64,000 nt of DNA from Antedon mediterranea (Eukaryota; Animalia; Echinodermata), in the NCBI RefSeq assembly GCF_964355755.1, contig NC_092674.1, positions 372,001 to 436,000 on the forward strand, in the 5' to 3' direction. The notes below the pieces were generated by a model. The model was not told where the DNA came from, did not search any database, and saw nothing but the letters and a program-made list of their open reading frames with translations. Every line of letters starts with the position of its first letter. Position 1 is the stretch's first letter. A program made the translations under genes and the position numbers. Shown one piece after another: positions 12,701-23,631 of this stretch.

Positions 12701-14124
12701 TAAAAACCCCCCCCTGGCTACGGGCCTGTATAGGAAGCCTTATTAGCTCTGTCGTCATGTTACAAGAGTTTACAAAACAACACAGATTATCTGATAAACT
12801 CCTACAAATTAGCTCTGTGGTCATGTTACAAGAGTTTTCAAAACAATAAAGATTATCTGATAAACTTCTAGAAACTATAGGAAGCCTTATTAGCTCTGTG
12901 GTCATGTTACAAGAGTTTTCAAAACAATAAAGATTATCTGATAAACTCCTAGAAACTATAGGAAGCCTTTTGACATTTGTCCCCTGACTGTACATAATAA
13001 GGGGTTATCCAATAAGCATCTTGCAAACTTTCTCATCCAGGAAGAATATTACAAAATGTGAAGTTACAGAAAACTGTAGCAATAGCATATTCATGTTTAA
13101 TTATTTTAATAGAGAGCCTTGTATTTTATTTGATAATTTAACCCATCTATCAACCCATTGTTTGGCATTACTGTAACAAGTGCAGGTCTGACTATTATTC
13201 TTTGTGTATGTATATGGATTGTTTTACACTAATATTAAATAATTAATAATTGATGCTTATAACATGTTTGTTAGGCTCTAGGGCTTCGTCGTGATGATAC
13301 ATTTTCGGTGACAATGCTTACCCACGTCATTGAGCAGAGTATATGTGATATGCCAGCTTGCGAAGGTAAGCAAATTGATTAAATTCTTTAAAACCTTGAA
13401 AAGAAACATAGTAGGTTTAATAATGAACAAAAAAATGAAATTAACTCATCTTGAAAGTCAGATATTTCGTAGTAAGAGTATTGAAAGAGATGAGTAAAAC
13501 AATGCCATATTTTTTATTGGGAACATAAATTAAATTTACTGGCAATTAATAATTCCAATTGTCTGGCTGCTATGATACAGACTTGTTTAAGATAATTTCA
13601 TTGTCACATAAACCACTTGAATTTAAATGCAATGTTTGCTCAATAAGATATATGCTAATGAATTTTAATTTGTTGTACATGCATTGATTGTATAACAATT
13701 TCTGCTTTTATACTGCCTTGCAAAAATAATTCTGGGTTTTTTTTTACAGTTTCATAAACAAAAATTGTACATAACCCAGATGCTTGGATTGTTAGATATA
13801 AGAGATTAATTTGGTTTTAAAATTAAAGTGTTGAGTGTGGCTTAGTAGAGAGGCCTATTTTAGGTACCATATTGGCTATTTTAGGTACCATATTGGCTTG
13901 CTTATGATGCTTATTGCTGCTGCTGCTGCTGCTTCTCATTCATGTATTGTAAATTAGCATTTTAATATTTGTTGTATATTTTACCCAAAGGTGAAGAAGA
14001 TTTGGCCGATTTACCAACCCTGTCATTAAAAGATACATCAACACTTTCACAGACATCTATGAAGTTGGATCAGTCGTCTATTAATGAAACCAGTCCAGAT
14101 ACTGAAATGGAGATGGATTTATAA
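3756..14124 (+). CDS. CDC16: Cell division cycle protein 16 / APC6 (TPR subunit of APC/C), 16 coding exons
   Basis: Exons 3756-3848, 4364-4418, 4722-4819, 5197-5235, 5600-5728, 6017-6176, 6580-6674, 6899-7032, 7296-7375, 8677-8797, 9073-9198, 9431-9583, 9920-10045, 10350-10485, 13275-13365, 13991-14124, all GT-AG and phase-compatible. Motifs LRNRVKQYLDKHQYETAVFWADK, QYHRAAHVL, DVYCYEAFDLL, AWFAVGCYY, GPAWLAFGHSFA.QGEHDQAMAAY, WEPILNNLGHVCRKL, ALGLRRDDTFSVTML. Confidence 0.96.
4866..4946. repeat. 16-bp minisatellite (CCCTTATCTGGCCACA) x5
   Basis: Tandem copies in CDC16 intron 3. Confidence 0.9.
5380..5526. mobile_element. ~150-bp MITE, family copy 1 (AGCTCTGTC.ACACTATCAAAC...GTTTGATAGTGTAGACAGA), possibly Harbinger-like
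   Basis: Terminal inverted repeats; homologous copies at 45096-45238 and 60495-60640. Confidence 0.75.
7466..7726. repeat. 21/24-bp minisatellite (AAACATTTACAACTACTACCATAT)
   Basis: ~11 tandem copies; explains spurious ORFs 7445-7749. Confidence 0.95.
8292..8651. repeat. 59-bp tandem repeat, ~6 copies
   Basis: Unit TCACTTATCTCTTTATATTCACATTTACATGTGCACATAAAGCATAACATGTGTGTTTA, ending just upstream of the exon 10 acceptor. Confidence 0.95.
9603..9805 (+). ncRNA. Putative structured intronic RNA (long G-U-containing hairpin) in CDC16 intron 12
   Basis: 9604-9623 pairs with 9785-9804 (20 bp, 3 G-U, no mismatch); 9650-9660 with 9725-9735; 9663-9668 with 9716-9721; 9688-9707 local hairpin. Family not identified. 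Confidence 0.5.
10703..12969. repeat. 66/81-bp satellite in CDC16 intron 14, interrupted by a transposon
   Basis: Unit TTAGCTCTGTGGTCATGTTACAAGAGTTTACAAAACAA(C/T)AAAGATTATCTGATAAACTCCTACAAA with optional 15-bp CTATAGGAAGCCTTA; resumes after 12728. Confidence 0.95.
11675..12728. mobile_element. Non-autonomous TIR element, CAGG...CCTG ends, 5-bp TSD TATAG
   Basis: CAGGGCCGTAGCCAGG... and ...CCTGGCTACGGGCCTG; TATAG at 11670-11674 and 12729-12733; the empty site (AACTATAGGAAGCC) is seen in neighbouring satellite units. Confidence 0.9.
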
Positions 14125-14599
14125 ATGACCTTTGTGCAACTTAATGACACTATTCAATTGAACTAATAATCACATGAACTCTATTTTTGTTTGAAGAGCA
14201 TTTTCATCTATTGGAATGATTTCCTGGATTTCCTCAATGAAACTTTATCAATCTAATTTTAGACCAAAGTTCATCACCATCACTAAATAATGTGGTTTCC
14301 ACAATAGGAAGATCAGAAGATAGTGAATAATGTTACTGTGATGTACATAAAGTCAGCAATGATAAGGTCACTGGATGAAATATAAGGTCACTGTAATGGA
14401 ATATAAGGTCAGTCATTTACATTGGTTTATTTCAGGAATAACACCGCCCTCTAACAATTGTTTGTGATACTCGTCATCTCGTTTGCATGCATAAGCTTTT
14501 AATCATGAAAATTGAATTAGAATGAGCGCCTGATTGACAGTCGGCCCAGGCTGATGAGGTTAACGTTACTCTGAAAGGAATATTACAAGAAACCAATAT

Positions 14600-14775
14600 G
14601 AAAGTAGAGGAGTTTATATAAAATGAAGATGACCTAGTTATGGTCAGAGCTTGGAATCAAGATAAAAGTAGAGGAGTTTGGGTAGGAAATGAAGACCTAG
14701 TGCTGGTCAGAGCTAATTGGAGTCGAGATGTTGGTGAATAAAATGAAGATGAACCAAGTGTAGCTTTGAATCGAG
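14600..14775 (+). repeat. Diverged ~80-bp direct repeats in the probable CDC16 3' UTR
   Basis: AAAGTAGAGGAGTTT...AAATGAAGA...CCTAGT...GGTCAGAGC recurs 2-3 times. Confidence 0.6.
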
Positions 14776-14968
14776 CGATTGGAGGGAAGAGAAAGATTCA
14801 GTCTAATCTAACTTTACTAGAATAACAAAAATCATCATATACAATAAACATCTTTATTTACAGTGCACTCTAACTACTATCTGAACATTTTATGTTGTAG
14901 TATAGTGAATCTACACATACAGTACACGATTTCAGTATCCCTGTCGCTACTTGTTATTTTCATGTTCG

Positions 14969-15619
14969 CAGCCCACGAATTTCACGTCGGCAATTGCCGA
15001 CCTTATTGCCGACCTTAAATTGTCAGAGGACGGCAAGAGATTGCCGACCTAGAAACTAGGCTAGATCCCTCCTTTCAAGCCTCCTAGCAACAACATGGTA
15101 CTTTAAGGGATCGTATCATTGAAATTTTAACAGGCATATTCACCACCATGTTGTGTTTAGTTAACAAACCATGGAATTAAGATGATCCCTGAATTCACTC
15201 AACCATTACATCATTTTATGTGTGAGCTCTCCATGGTGAGCTGCATGCTTTCCTCCTATCAAAACCAAGCTGGCTGGGCACAGCGCTGCGCGACAGACCT
15301 GTGTAGGGGAATACCCTGTTATGCCAAGCAAGCAACTATGCTCTGTGTACAGCTAGCTCCAGAACCATGATGTTCAGCAATTATCAAATAGAATTTATCT
15401 TGTAAATTTTAGTGTTAGGTTTTTATATTTTAGTTAATTTTGCTAGTTCTTTTTGCATAACATATAGCTAGGGAGGCTAGGCCTAGCTAGGCCTTTAGGT
15501 TAGCAAGAGGTTAGGCCTTGGTGAATTTTCTATTTTAGAACTGCCGAGACTGCCGACCTTGGCAAATTTAAGGTCGGCAATTTTTTGCCGACCTTCTTTT
15601 TTCTGAATTTCGTGGGCTG
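14969..15619. mobile_element. Non-autonomous TIR element, CAG...CTG ends, 6-bp TSD TGTTCG
   Basis: CAGCCCACGAA / TTCGTGGGCTG; TGTTCG at 14963-14968 and 15620-15625; subterminal TGCCGACCT repeats at both ends. Confidence 0.85.
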
Positions 15620-15769
15620 TGTTCGTATTGCAACCAATCAATGATACCTGTAGTTACATTCCTTGTAAAGTTCACAATTCTACCATCATTTGATTCACTC
15701 CCTCAAAAGGAAAAATATCTCATTTGCTTCACTCTACGTCTAGTGATGTCATCAGTAGTTCATATTATT

Positions 15770-16413
15770 ATATTATACCATCATTTGGTGCACTCAATGA
15801 TGTCACTAGTTACATCTTGCGATGTCATCGCTAGGTCATACAGTATTATACCATCATTTGGTGCACTCAATGATGTCACTAGTTACGTCTTGCGATGTCA
15901 TCGCTAGGTCATACAGTATTATACCATCATTTGGTGCACTCAATGATGTCACTAGTTACGTCTTGCGATGTCATCGCTAGGTCATACAGTATTATACCAT
16001 CATTTGGTGCACTCAATGATGTCACTAGTTACGTCTTGCGATGTCATCGCTAGGTCATACAGTATTATACCATCATTTGGTGCACTCATCAATGATGTCA
16101 CTAGTTACGTCTTGCGATGTCATCGCTAGGTCATACAGTATACCATCATTTGGTGCACTCAATGATGTCACTAGTTACGTCTTGCGATGTCATCACTAGG
16201 TCATACAGTATTATACCATCATTTGATGCACTCAATGATGTCACTAGTTACGTCTTGCGATGTCATCGCTAGGTCATACAGTATTATACCATCATTTGGT
16301 GCACTCAATGATGTCACTAGTTACGTCTTGCGATGTCATCGCTAGGTCATACAGTATTATACCATCATTTGATGCACTCAATGATGTCACTAGTTACGTC
16401 TCGTGATGTCATC
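15770..16413. repeat. 73-bp tandem repeat, ~9 copies
   Basis: Unit TATTATACCATCATTTGGTGCACTCAATGATGTCACTAGTTACGTCTTGCGATGTCATCGCTAGGTCATACAG. Confidence 0.95.
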
Positions 16414-16487
16414 ATTTAGAGTTCATGTTCTTATTAAAGCTCCATTTTATTAACTCATGACTTCAAAAATTGTTTCTGACTGCTTAC

Positions 16488-17113
16488 AGTAAAGGTTTTG
16501 TCTAACCGATGACTGAGTGCGTCTTTTTGTTTCTCTGGGAAAAAAAAGTTTCTTAATTAAGAACAGGGCATGACTTATTGATTTACCAGTTCTAACTTTA
16601 ACAAACAGACAAACACACGTGATCGACTACATATACCTCCTTGGCGGGGGTAACTAAATAAATAGATCTATATCAGTAACTTTTCATCTGAGCTGAACGA
16701 AAATAATCTATGATAATAAAAATATGAAATATGAAAACTTAAAAGTGGATGTCGTGTAACCAAGCACTAAGTAGTAGTTCTGATTAAAACAGTTTACAGC
16801 GACAAATAACTTGATTTCGCGAGGAACGTCATTGCACAATGCATGATGGGAAGGGTTTGGGAGCAACGTCACGCCGCGTACGTACAAACAACAAATCACG
16901 TACGTACGCGTGTGTGAATGGAATTGGTAACGTACCTTTATTAGAGTCAGGGTTGTATGCCTCTATTCCATCCGGTTCTCCTCGGTCCGAATGCACATTT
17001 GATGTTATTACGGTAGACGTTGTATTCATATCACTCGATTCTGCAATCGTTTCTATCGCAAAATCTAAATTCATTCTAGATCTATTGTTAGATTTGCTCG
17101 ACCCACAACCCAT
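16488..17113 (-). CDS. Small orphan protein with MGCGSS N-terminal acylation motif (partial model)
   Basis: ATG at 17113: MGCGSSKSNNRSRMNLDFAIETIAESSD...NK, donor GTACG below 16936; acceptor (T)8CCCAG into 16534-16488 (EKQKDALSHRLDKTFT) with GTAAG donor; acceptor above 17171 and an upstream UTR exon donor below 18685. 3' end unresolved. Confidence 0.5.
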
Positions 17114-17952
17114 GATGCGCTTACGAAAGCGGTTTATAAATATACTGTCTCTTCTTGAGACCACAAATTACCTACAAATTAAAACAAAACAATGATCTTT
17201 CATACAACAAATCTAATAATCTTACAAGCTGTTATAATTGATGATTCAAACTATTGTTGCAAAACAAATCGGTGCTTCTGCTGATGGTGAGTACCCGTTA
17301 AGTAGTATGCCAAGCTTAAGGTGCGAAATTGCAGTAGCACCAACAAATCTCTATGGTCCATAATGTAATATTTATTGGAATTTTAGCCAATGATTGATTG
17401 CTTGCTTTAGGAAAATAAATAATATCGTTGAGAAAAAAATACTGACGTTGAGAGAATACTATAGTAACAGTCTTCAGTGAAATTCTACAAAACCAACACA
17501 ATGTGAGTGTTTGAATAAACACTGAAATGCATCTGAAGAGAAAATCTTTTTCTAAAAAAACTAATTATTGCCAAAATAAAATATATTAATTCCAAAATGC
17601 CGTATGAGTCAGAAAACGTGTTTACAATTTTCAATAGAATAGAAAAATAGAAATCGGTTGTTTGTTTAGTTGTATTTCAATGTGGACAGCCTTGCAAATG
17701 TTGTTAGTCATTTAATCCTGCCTCCGAGTTTTTCATTGATTGATGTCCCATAAACCTATTATCATTTTGCGTATTTCATCATTATCATTCAATCATTATT
17801 CACCATTTCACAACAACAACGTGTGTATATAACTAGATAATTTGTTCTGTTTGTGAGATAAAAAAATAAAATAAATTGTGCGTTATGTTTTTATACGATT
17901 TTTAATGTGTATTATATAAATAATAATATTAAAATTTTGCAATCGTGTAAGT

Positions 17953-18087
17953 CAGGGGCGGATCCAGCATATTATAGATTAGGGAGGGGGGTTAAATATT
18001 TTATAAATGATAAAAACGATCCGTCAGGTTGCAGAAAAATAAAAGTAGTCATTATTTTATTTTAGCCCCCGCTTAAATCCGCGCCTG
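17953..18087. mobile_element. 135-bp MITE, CAGG...CCTG ends, 5-bp TSD TAAGT
   Basis: CAGGGGCGGAT / ATCCGCGCCTG; TAAGT at 17948-17952 and 18088-18092. Confidence 0.8.
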
Positions 18088-18902
18088 TAAGTCTATATAT
18101 AAAAGTTTCGTTACTTAAACTGTTTTTCTTTATTTTATATATATTTCAATATGTGTTACATTATTCACATTTAATTGGGGAGGTGGAGGTGTTAAAATAA
18201 AACTGCTAAATATTTGCGCATGCTCTGTGCGTGCGCGCGCGAGTCCTGTTTTCCAAATACGAAATGGTGAAATATGGTCATTAAGTGATAACGGACGTGC
18301 CAGTACTTTATTAATTAAGTAAAATTAAATCTTCTTCACGAGTCGATTGTCGATTTTTTTTTATATAACTTACCTATTTATAGTTAACTATGTTATTTCC
18401 TAAATAAATAATTGAATGTAATATTTAATCCTCTTCTCGATCTCTGAAACACTTTGAACAAATAATGTTTTTAATGGTTCATCTGGCTCACGATCTTAGG
18501 TGTGACGTCCCAGTAGGCCATCCATTTAAGTTCAGTTTATCATGATGCATTACATTTATACAGATTTACCAATTACAAAATTCTTGTAGACACTCATAAT
18601 GAAAATAACGTCTTTGTTATTGAGAGATTATGCACTGATTAGAAATTATAGTCGCCTGATAATTAAACAGATATTCCTACTTACCGATTGAAATCCCAAC
18701 TGTGGTGACACTCTGGGTCTATTTGACAGAAAAAGCTAACGCCATGGTATATAGAAGGGTATTCAACAGAATAAATTCGTTATAAACAAATGAATAAAAT
18801 TCGATTCGATTATGACTGTCGAATGATGAAAACAAAGCCGCGCCTGCCGCCGGTCGTCGTTGTGCGAGATTTAATCTGCGTAATTGCAATTAAGTATAGT
18901 AC

Positions 18903-18916
18903 GTTACCATGGTGAA
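18903..18916. promoter_or_regulatory. RFX X-box-like motif
   Basis: GTTACCATGGTGAA versus consensus GTTRCCATGGYAAC, next to a CpG-rich patch upstream of the putative first exon of the MGCGSS gene. Confidence 0.35.
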
Positions 18917-20482
18917 AAGCTTCTTGTTAGTTGGCGCTAGTTTGAAATTAAGTAAAGGTCAACGCTATAGTCGTATATTTTCAATGTAATGGTATAGACG
19001 TTATGTTACAACGCCCTGTTACGTTCTTATAAGTGTGACGTGCCGACTATGCGGTAAACTACCAAAAGGGATCTATATATAAATTTACGTAAGGGCAAAA
19101 TTCGGTAAATCTCGGTTTATTTCTAGAATTTTTACTCAATGGTATATAAAGTTGGTTCATACTTTCGGTACTGATTTTAACCATCTGATGTAACCCTGTT
19201 TACTAATTAAATTGAGTTAGGTAATTAGTTATTGACGATTAAAACGAATTTAGGTTCAACGATTTGCCCCAAATAGGGGTGTTTTCTGATCGTGGTATAC
19301 ACTGTCTAATGGATGTCCATCTTGAAAAATACCCGCCACAAAAATACGAGGAGGCTTCGCATTTTCCTATCTCCTCCTACGATAATTGTTTTTAATAGCT
19401 GAAAACTGGTTGAACAGCTAGAGTACAGCATCATAATGTTGAAGACAGGCCGATTTTCTTTAAAAAATACTATTTTGATAGATTTAATATACGATTATAC
19501 AAATGTATTGATTTGCGATGAATGGAACATTCCAATCTCTGTTTCACAAGTGTCTATTCCCTCAGGCGTCGTAAAGGCAAGTACAGTACTGTATACTCGA
19601 AATTCGATCCATTTTTGTTTTCAATCTGTGCTGCAGAGGTTGGATATAATTTTTTTTTAAACGGATAATGAGCTAGCGTTTTCACTCGCCGTATATTATG
19701 TACAAATCTTTATTATTGCAGTTAAACCACCCACATCATCACCTTTCCCTCACTGGCATGAGTAGCGTTGTAAAACCAGTAGAGAATAGGCCTACGGTAC
19801 ATCACATGCCCTAAACGCAGAACAACTTTGGTGGGTAGGATAGGAACCAACTTAAGTATGAATTGGCTCTAAGAAACAATTGAAAACCATTAGGCCTACT
19901 AATTAAGTTGAGTTAGATAATTTAATATTTATTGACGATTAAATCGAATTTATGATTTTTCCCGAATAGAGGTGGTTTTCACAAATTGTTTTACATTATA
20001 TTATAAACATATACACGTCGTAGTGATGTATCGTTACATGTGCTGTACCCTACTATTTCAATCGACTAGGACGGTGATAGTTTCAACAAAGTATTACATC
20101 GCAATGTTTTACTGTGTTTAGTGGTATATTATTTGTAAAACATGAAAGCAATTAATATTTCGTTACTAAATGGATAAAGAATATATTTTAACATTGTTCC
20201 TCTTTGCACCCATCCTCTTCCCCATCCCTCAACCCTAATGTTACATACAAAACACAAATTAAGTTTGTTTAAATTTGACTTAAACAATTGGTCTTATTTT
20301 GTGACAAGTTTCTCTTTCGGAAGTAATAGGGTGCTAATTTTAGTTGAGTACATAAATCACAGTGTCTATTTATTCGTTCCTGTAAACGACATGTATTATT
20401 GTCCTGCGGTACGTACATTTGAAATCGCCAGTTTTTTAACGCTGTAATTATTATGTATTCGAGAACCACCTGTGGGCACGAC

Positions 20483-21045
20483 CTAGATGGTACGCGAGCG
20501 AAGCGAGCGTACCATCTAGTTAACGTAATTATGGGAAGAGTAATCTCCCTCTTCTTCCCTGTTACGTTCTTATGAGTGTGACGTACCAACTATGCGGTAA
20601 AATACCATGGAGTAAAGCCCATTCTTTACTCCATGAATACCAAAAGGAATGCTCCTGGGTAACGTAATTATGGGAAGATTAATCTCCCTCTTCTTCCCTG
20701 TTACGATCTATAGGAGTGTGACGTGCCAACTATGCGGTAAACTACCAACAGAGGGATGCTCCTGGGTAACGTAATTATGGGAAGAGTAATCTCCATCTTC
20801 TTCCCTGTTACGATCTATAGGAGTGTGACGTGCCAACTATGCGGTAAACTACCAACAGGGATGCTCCTGGGTAACGTAATTATGGGAAGAGTAATCTCCA
20901 TCTTCTTCCCTGTTACGATCTATAGGAGTGTGACGTGCCAACTATGCGGTAAACTACCAACAGGGATGCTCCTGGTAACGTAATTATGGGATGAGTAATC
21001 TCCCTCTTCTTCCCTGTTACGTTCTTAGTGAGTGTGACCGTAACT
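20483..21045. mobile_element. Helitron/Helentron-like non-autonomous element: terminal hairpin plus 105-bp tandem repeats
   Basis: CTAGATGGTACGC-GAGCGAAGCGA-GCGTACCATCTAG hairpin at 20483-20519, then ~5 units of 105 bp; a partial unit also lies at ~19014-19071. Confidence 0.5.
20606..20635. mobile_element. 30-bp palindromic insertion CATGG...CCATG (candidate P-like footprint)
   Basis: CATGGAGTAAAG-CCCATT-CTTTACTCCATG flanked by AATAC; absent from sibling 105-bp units. Confidence 0.7.
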
Positions 21046-21059
21046 TGTAAGGCATGCGT

Positions 21060-22940
21060 GTTACAATGTATTTGGTAAATGTGAAGGTGATATGAAAAGT
21101 ACATGGCGCGAAATTAATAATGTAATGGGTAGAAAAAGGAAAAATTCATTCCCAGCTAAACTAGTAGTAACATACATAAATAATTTAAAATCCACAGCTC
21201 CTGGTTTTGATAACATTGGTCCATATATACTAAAGATATGTCCATTGGCATTAGCTATACCACTAACATTCATAATGAACATGTCTTTAGTAAAGGGTGT
21301 GGTTCCAAATGCAATGAAAATTGCTAAAGTTGTACCCATCCATAAAGGTGGTGAGGTTTCAAATATCAATAACTATAGGCCCATCTCCATCTTGCCAACT
21401 ATTTCTAAACTACTTGAAAGAATAGTTTATGATCAAACTATTTCATTTCTTACAAAGTTTAACATCCTCAGCAATTCTCAGTTTGGTTTTCGTTCCCAAC
21501 ATTCTACAATACATGCCATCCATCATTCAATCCATAATATTTTGTCTGCTATTGATAATAAACAATTTACTTTAGGAGTTTTTATTGACCTGTCAAAGGC
21601 TTTTGATTGTATTTCTCATGATATTTTAATTAATAAGTTACGTTTCTATGGTATAAGAGGTATACCACTTAAGTGGTTTGAAAATTATTTAAGTAACAGA
21701 TCAATCAATGATATTGTCTCTGAGCTGCGGCCAGTTTCGTGTGGTGTTCCACAGGGATCCATCCTTGGTCCGCTTTTATTTCTGTTATTTATTAATGATT
21801 TAAATTATATTAGTGATTGTGCTGAAATTGTTATGTTTGCAGATGATACAAGTTTATTTATTAATCATAAGGACATCTACCAAGCTATTATTTTAATGAA
21901 TCAAGAACTTACTAAAATTGCAAACTGGTTAAAATCAAATAAGCTTTCGTTAAATATTAAAAAAAACCAAATTTATTATTTTTCGTTCAGTTAATAAACT
22001 AATCCCCCCCAACATTCCTAAATTATATTACGGCATCAGCGAAATTGAAAGAACTAAAGCAACAACATTTCTTGGCATTTTTATTGACGAATACTTATCT
22101 TTTACTTCTCATATTAATACAATTTCATTAAAACTATCAAGAGTGGTCGGTGTCCTCAATAAACTCAAACATGCCTTGCCTTCCTCCGTTTTACTATTAA
22201 TTTATAAATCACTCTTTTTGCCACATTTAATTTATGGTATAACCATTTGGGGTTTTACTTCAAAAATTAATTTAAACCGTATTTATATTTTGCAAAAAAG
22301 AGCTTTAAGATCAGTTTATAATGTCCATTACCTCCACCATTCTGCTCCTCTTTTTGTCTTATCTAATACACTTAATATTTAAGACTTACTTACAAAAAAT
22401 GTTGCTTTATTTATGTTTAAATTCAAACATAATCAACTGCCCAGAATTTTTGATACTTATTTTCAAACTTTTAGTTCAGTTCATAATTATAATACCAGAA
22501 ATAAATTTGATTATGCTTATGATTGTTTTAATACGGAGGTTGGCAAGCATGATATAACTTTTCAAGGACCAAAAATTTGGGATTCTTTACCAGATGAAAT
22601 TAAAATTATTAATTTTATATCTTCATTTAAGTTCAAACTACATGAATACCTTGTTTCTACTATTATTATTATTATTTAAGTTGATCATATATCTGTCTTT
22701 AGTCAAATAATAACTGCATTTGTTAAGTTAAATGTCTTTTTATGTTCATTATCATATATTATATATATTTCTTACCTTACCTTATTTTTAATTATGTTGC
22801 CAGGACCCCACATTTTAAAGCTTTAGCTTCCAGTGGGGTACCCCTTTTTCTCATTTATTATCTATTATTTTTAGAAAATGTTAACTGTTTTTTGTTTTTA
22901 TTTGAGAAATAAAAATTATTGATTGATTGATTGATTGAAA
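21060..22940 (+). mobile_element. 5'-truncated LINE (CR1/L2 group, Crack/Daphne-like), RT pseudogene
   Basis: ORF 21092-21994 with NYRPISILPTISKLLER, QFGFR, FIDLSKAFD, GVPQGSILGPLLFLLFINDL, FADDT; frameshifted C-terminal pieces to 22679; AATAAA then (TTGA)n tail at ~22908-22938. Confidence 0.92.
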
Positions 22941-23309
22941 GTAGTTAGTAATTTTAAAAAAGGTATAATTTTATAATTGAAATGAATATTGAATGTACCG
23001 TAATGTGTAATACGATACACATTCGTCCCTTCCTTTTTGTCCTGATTGTCTTGTTTCATTATACGAGTCTCCGCGTTTACTGGTCCAATAACCGAGGACA
23101 CTAAAGACTTATTACGTTAATTGAAAGTAAAATTTAATTCTCTTCTCGAATTTTGCGTAAAGATATTAAACAAATAAGGACATTAGTAAGCTATAGCTAA
23201 TGTTTGAAATGTAGCATGTTTTGTGCGGGATTTCACTAGATAATGAGATGGGCGGCGTTTTTTAGTCAATATACCTCTAACATCCTAAACACGCCACTGT
23301 TGTAAATGC

Positions 23310-23317
23310 TATAAAAG
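23310..23317 (+). promoter_or_regulatory. TATA box of F5/8C gene 1
   Basis: TATAAAAG 57 bp upstream of the ATG; the same motif precedes the paralogue at 32057. Confidence 0.6.
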
Positions 23318-23596
23318 CTAGGTGCCACAGACAACTTCGCCATTAAGTTCTTTAGCAAAAATCAAGATGTTTGCAACAACTGTTCTAGTGTTCACCATCT
23401 ACTCAGTGGTGTTTGCTGACAAAGGTGAGAGGCCCTATATTGTTTAGTTTTCATTTGCAATAAACAGTCCTATGTTGTTACATTTTACTTCTCATCTCTA
23501 AAGCCTAATGGTTGTTATTTTTAAGTCTCACGTAATGATGTTGATTTCTCTCTTTTGAATAGATTTGTAGCCTAGTGATGTAATTTAAAGTAATAT

Positions 23597-23631
23597 CAGG
23601 GAAGAGTGGAAATGAATTTCACTCTTCCCTG
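23597..23631. mobile_element. 35-bp palindrome CAGGG...CCCTG with 7-bp TSD (candidate P-like footprint)
   Basis: CAGGGAAGAGTGGAAATGAATTTCACTCTTCCCTG; GTAATAT at 23590-23596 and 23632-23638. Confidence 0.8.

Noticed and set aside
14525-14580. Hammerhead-like core CTGATGAG...GAAA preceded by a hairpin
   Set aside because: No C immediately before GAAA to close stem II, no NUH cleavage triplet and no stem III complement found.
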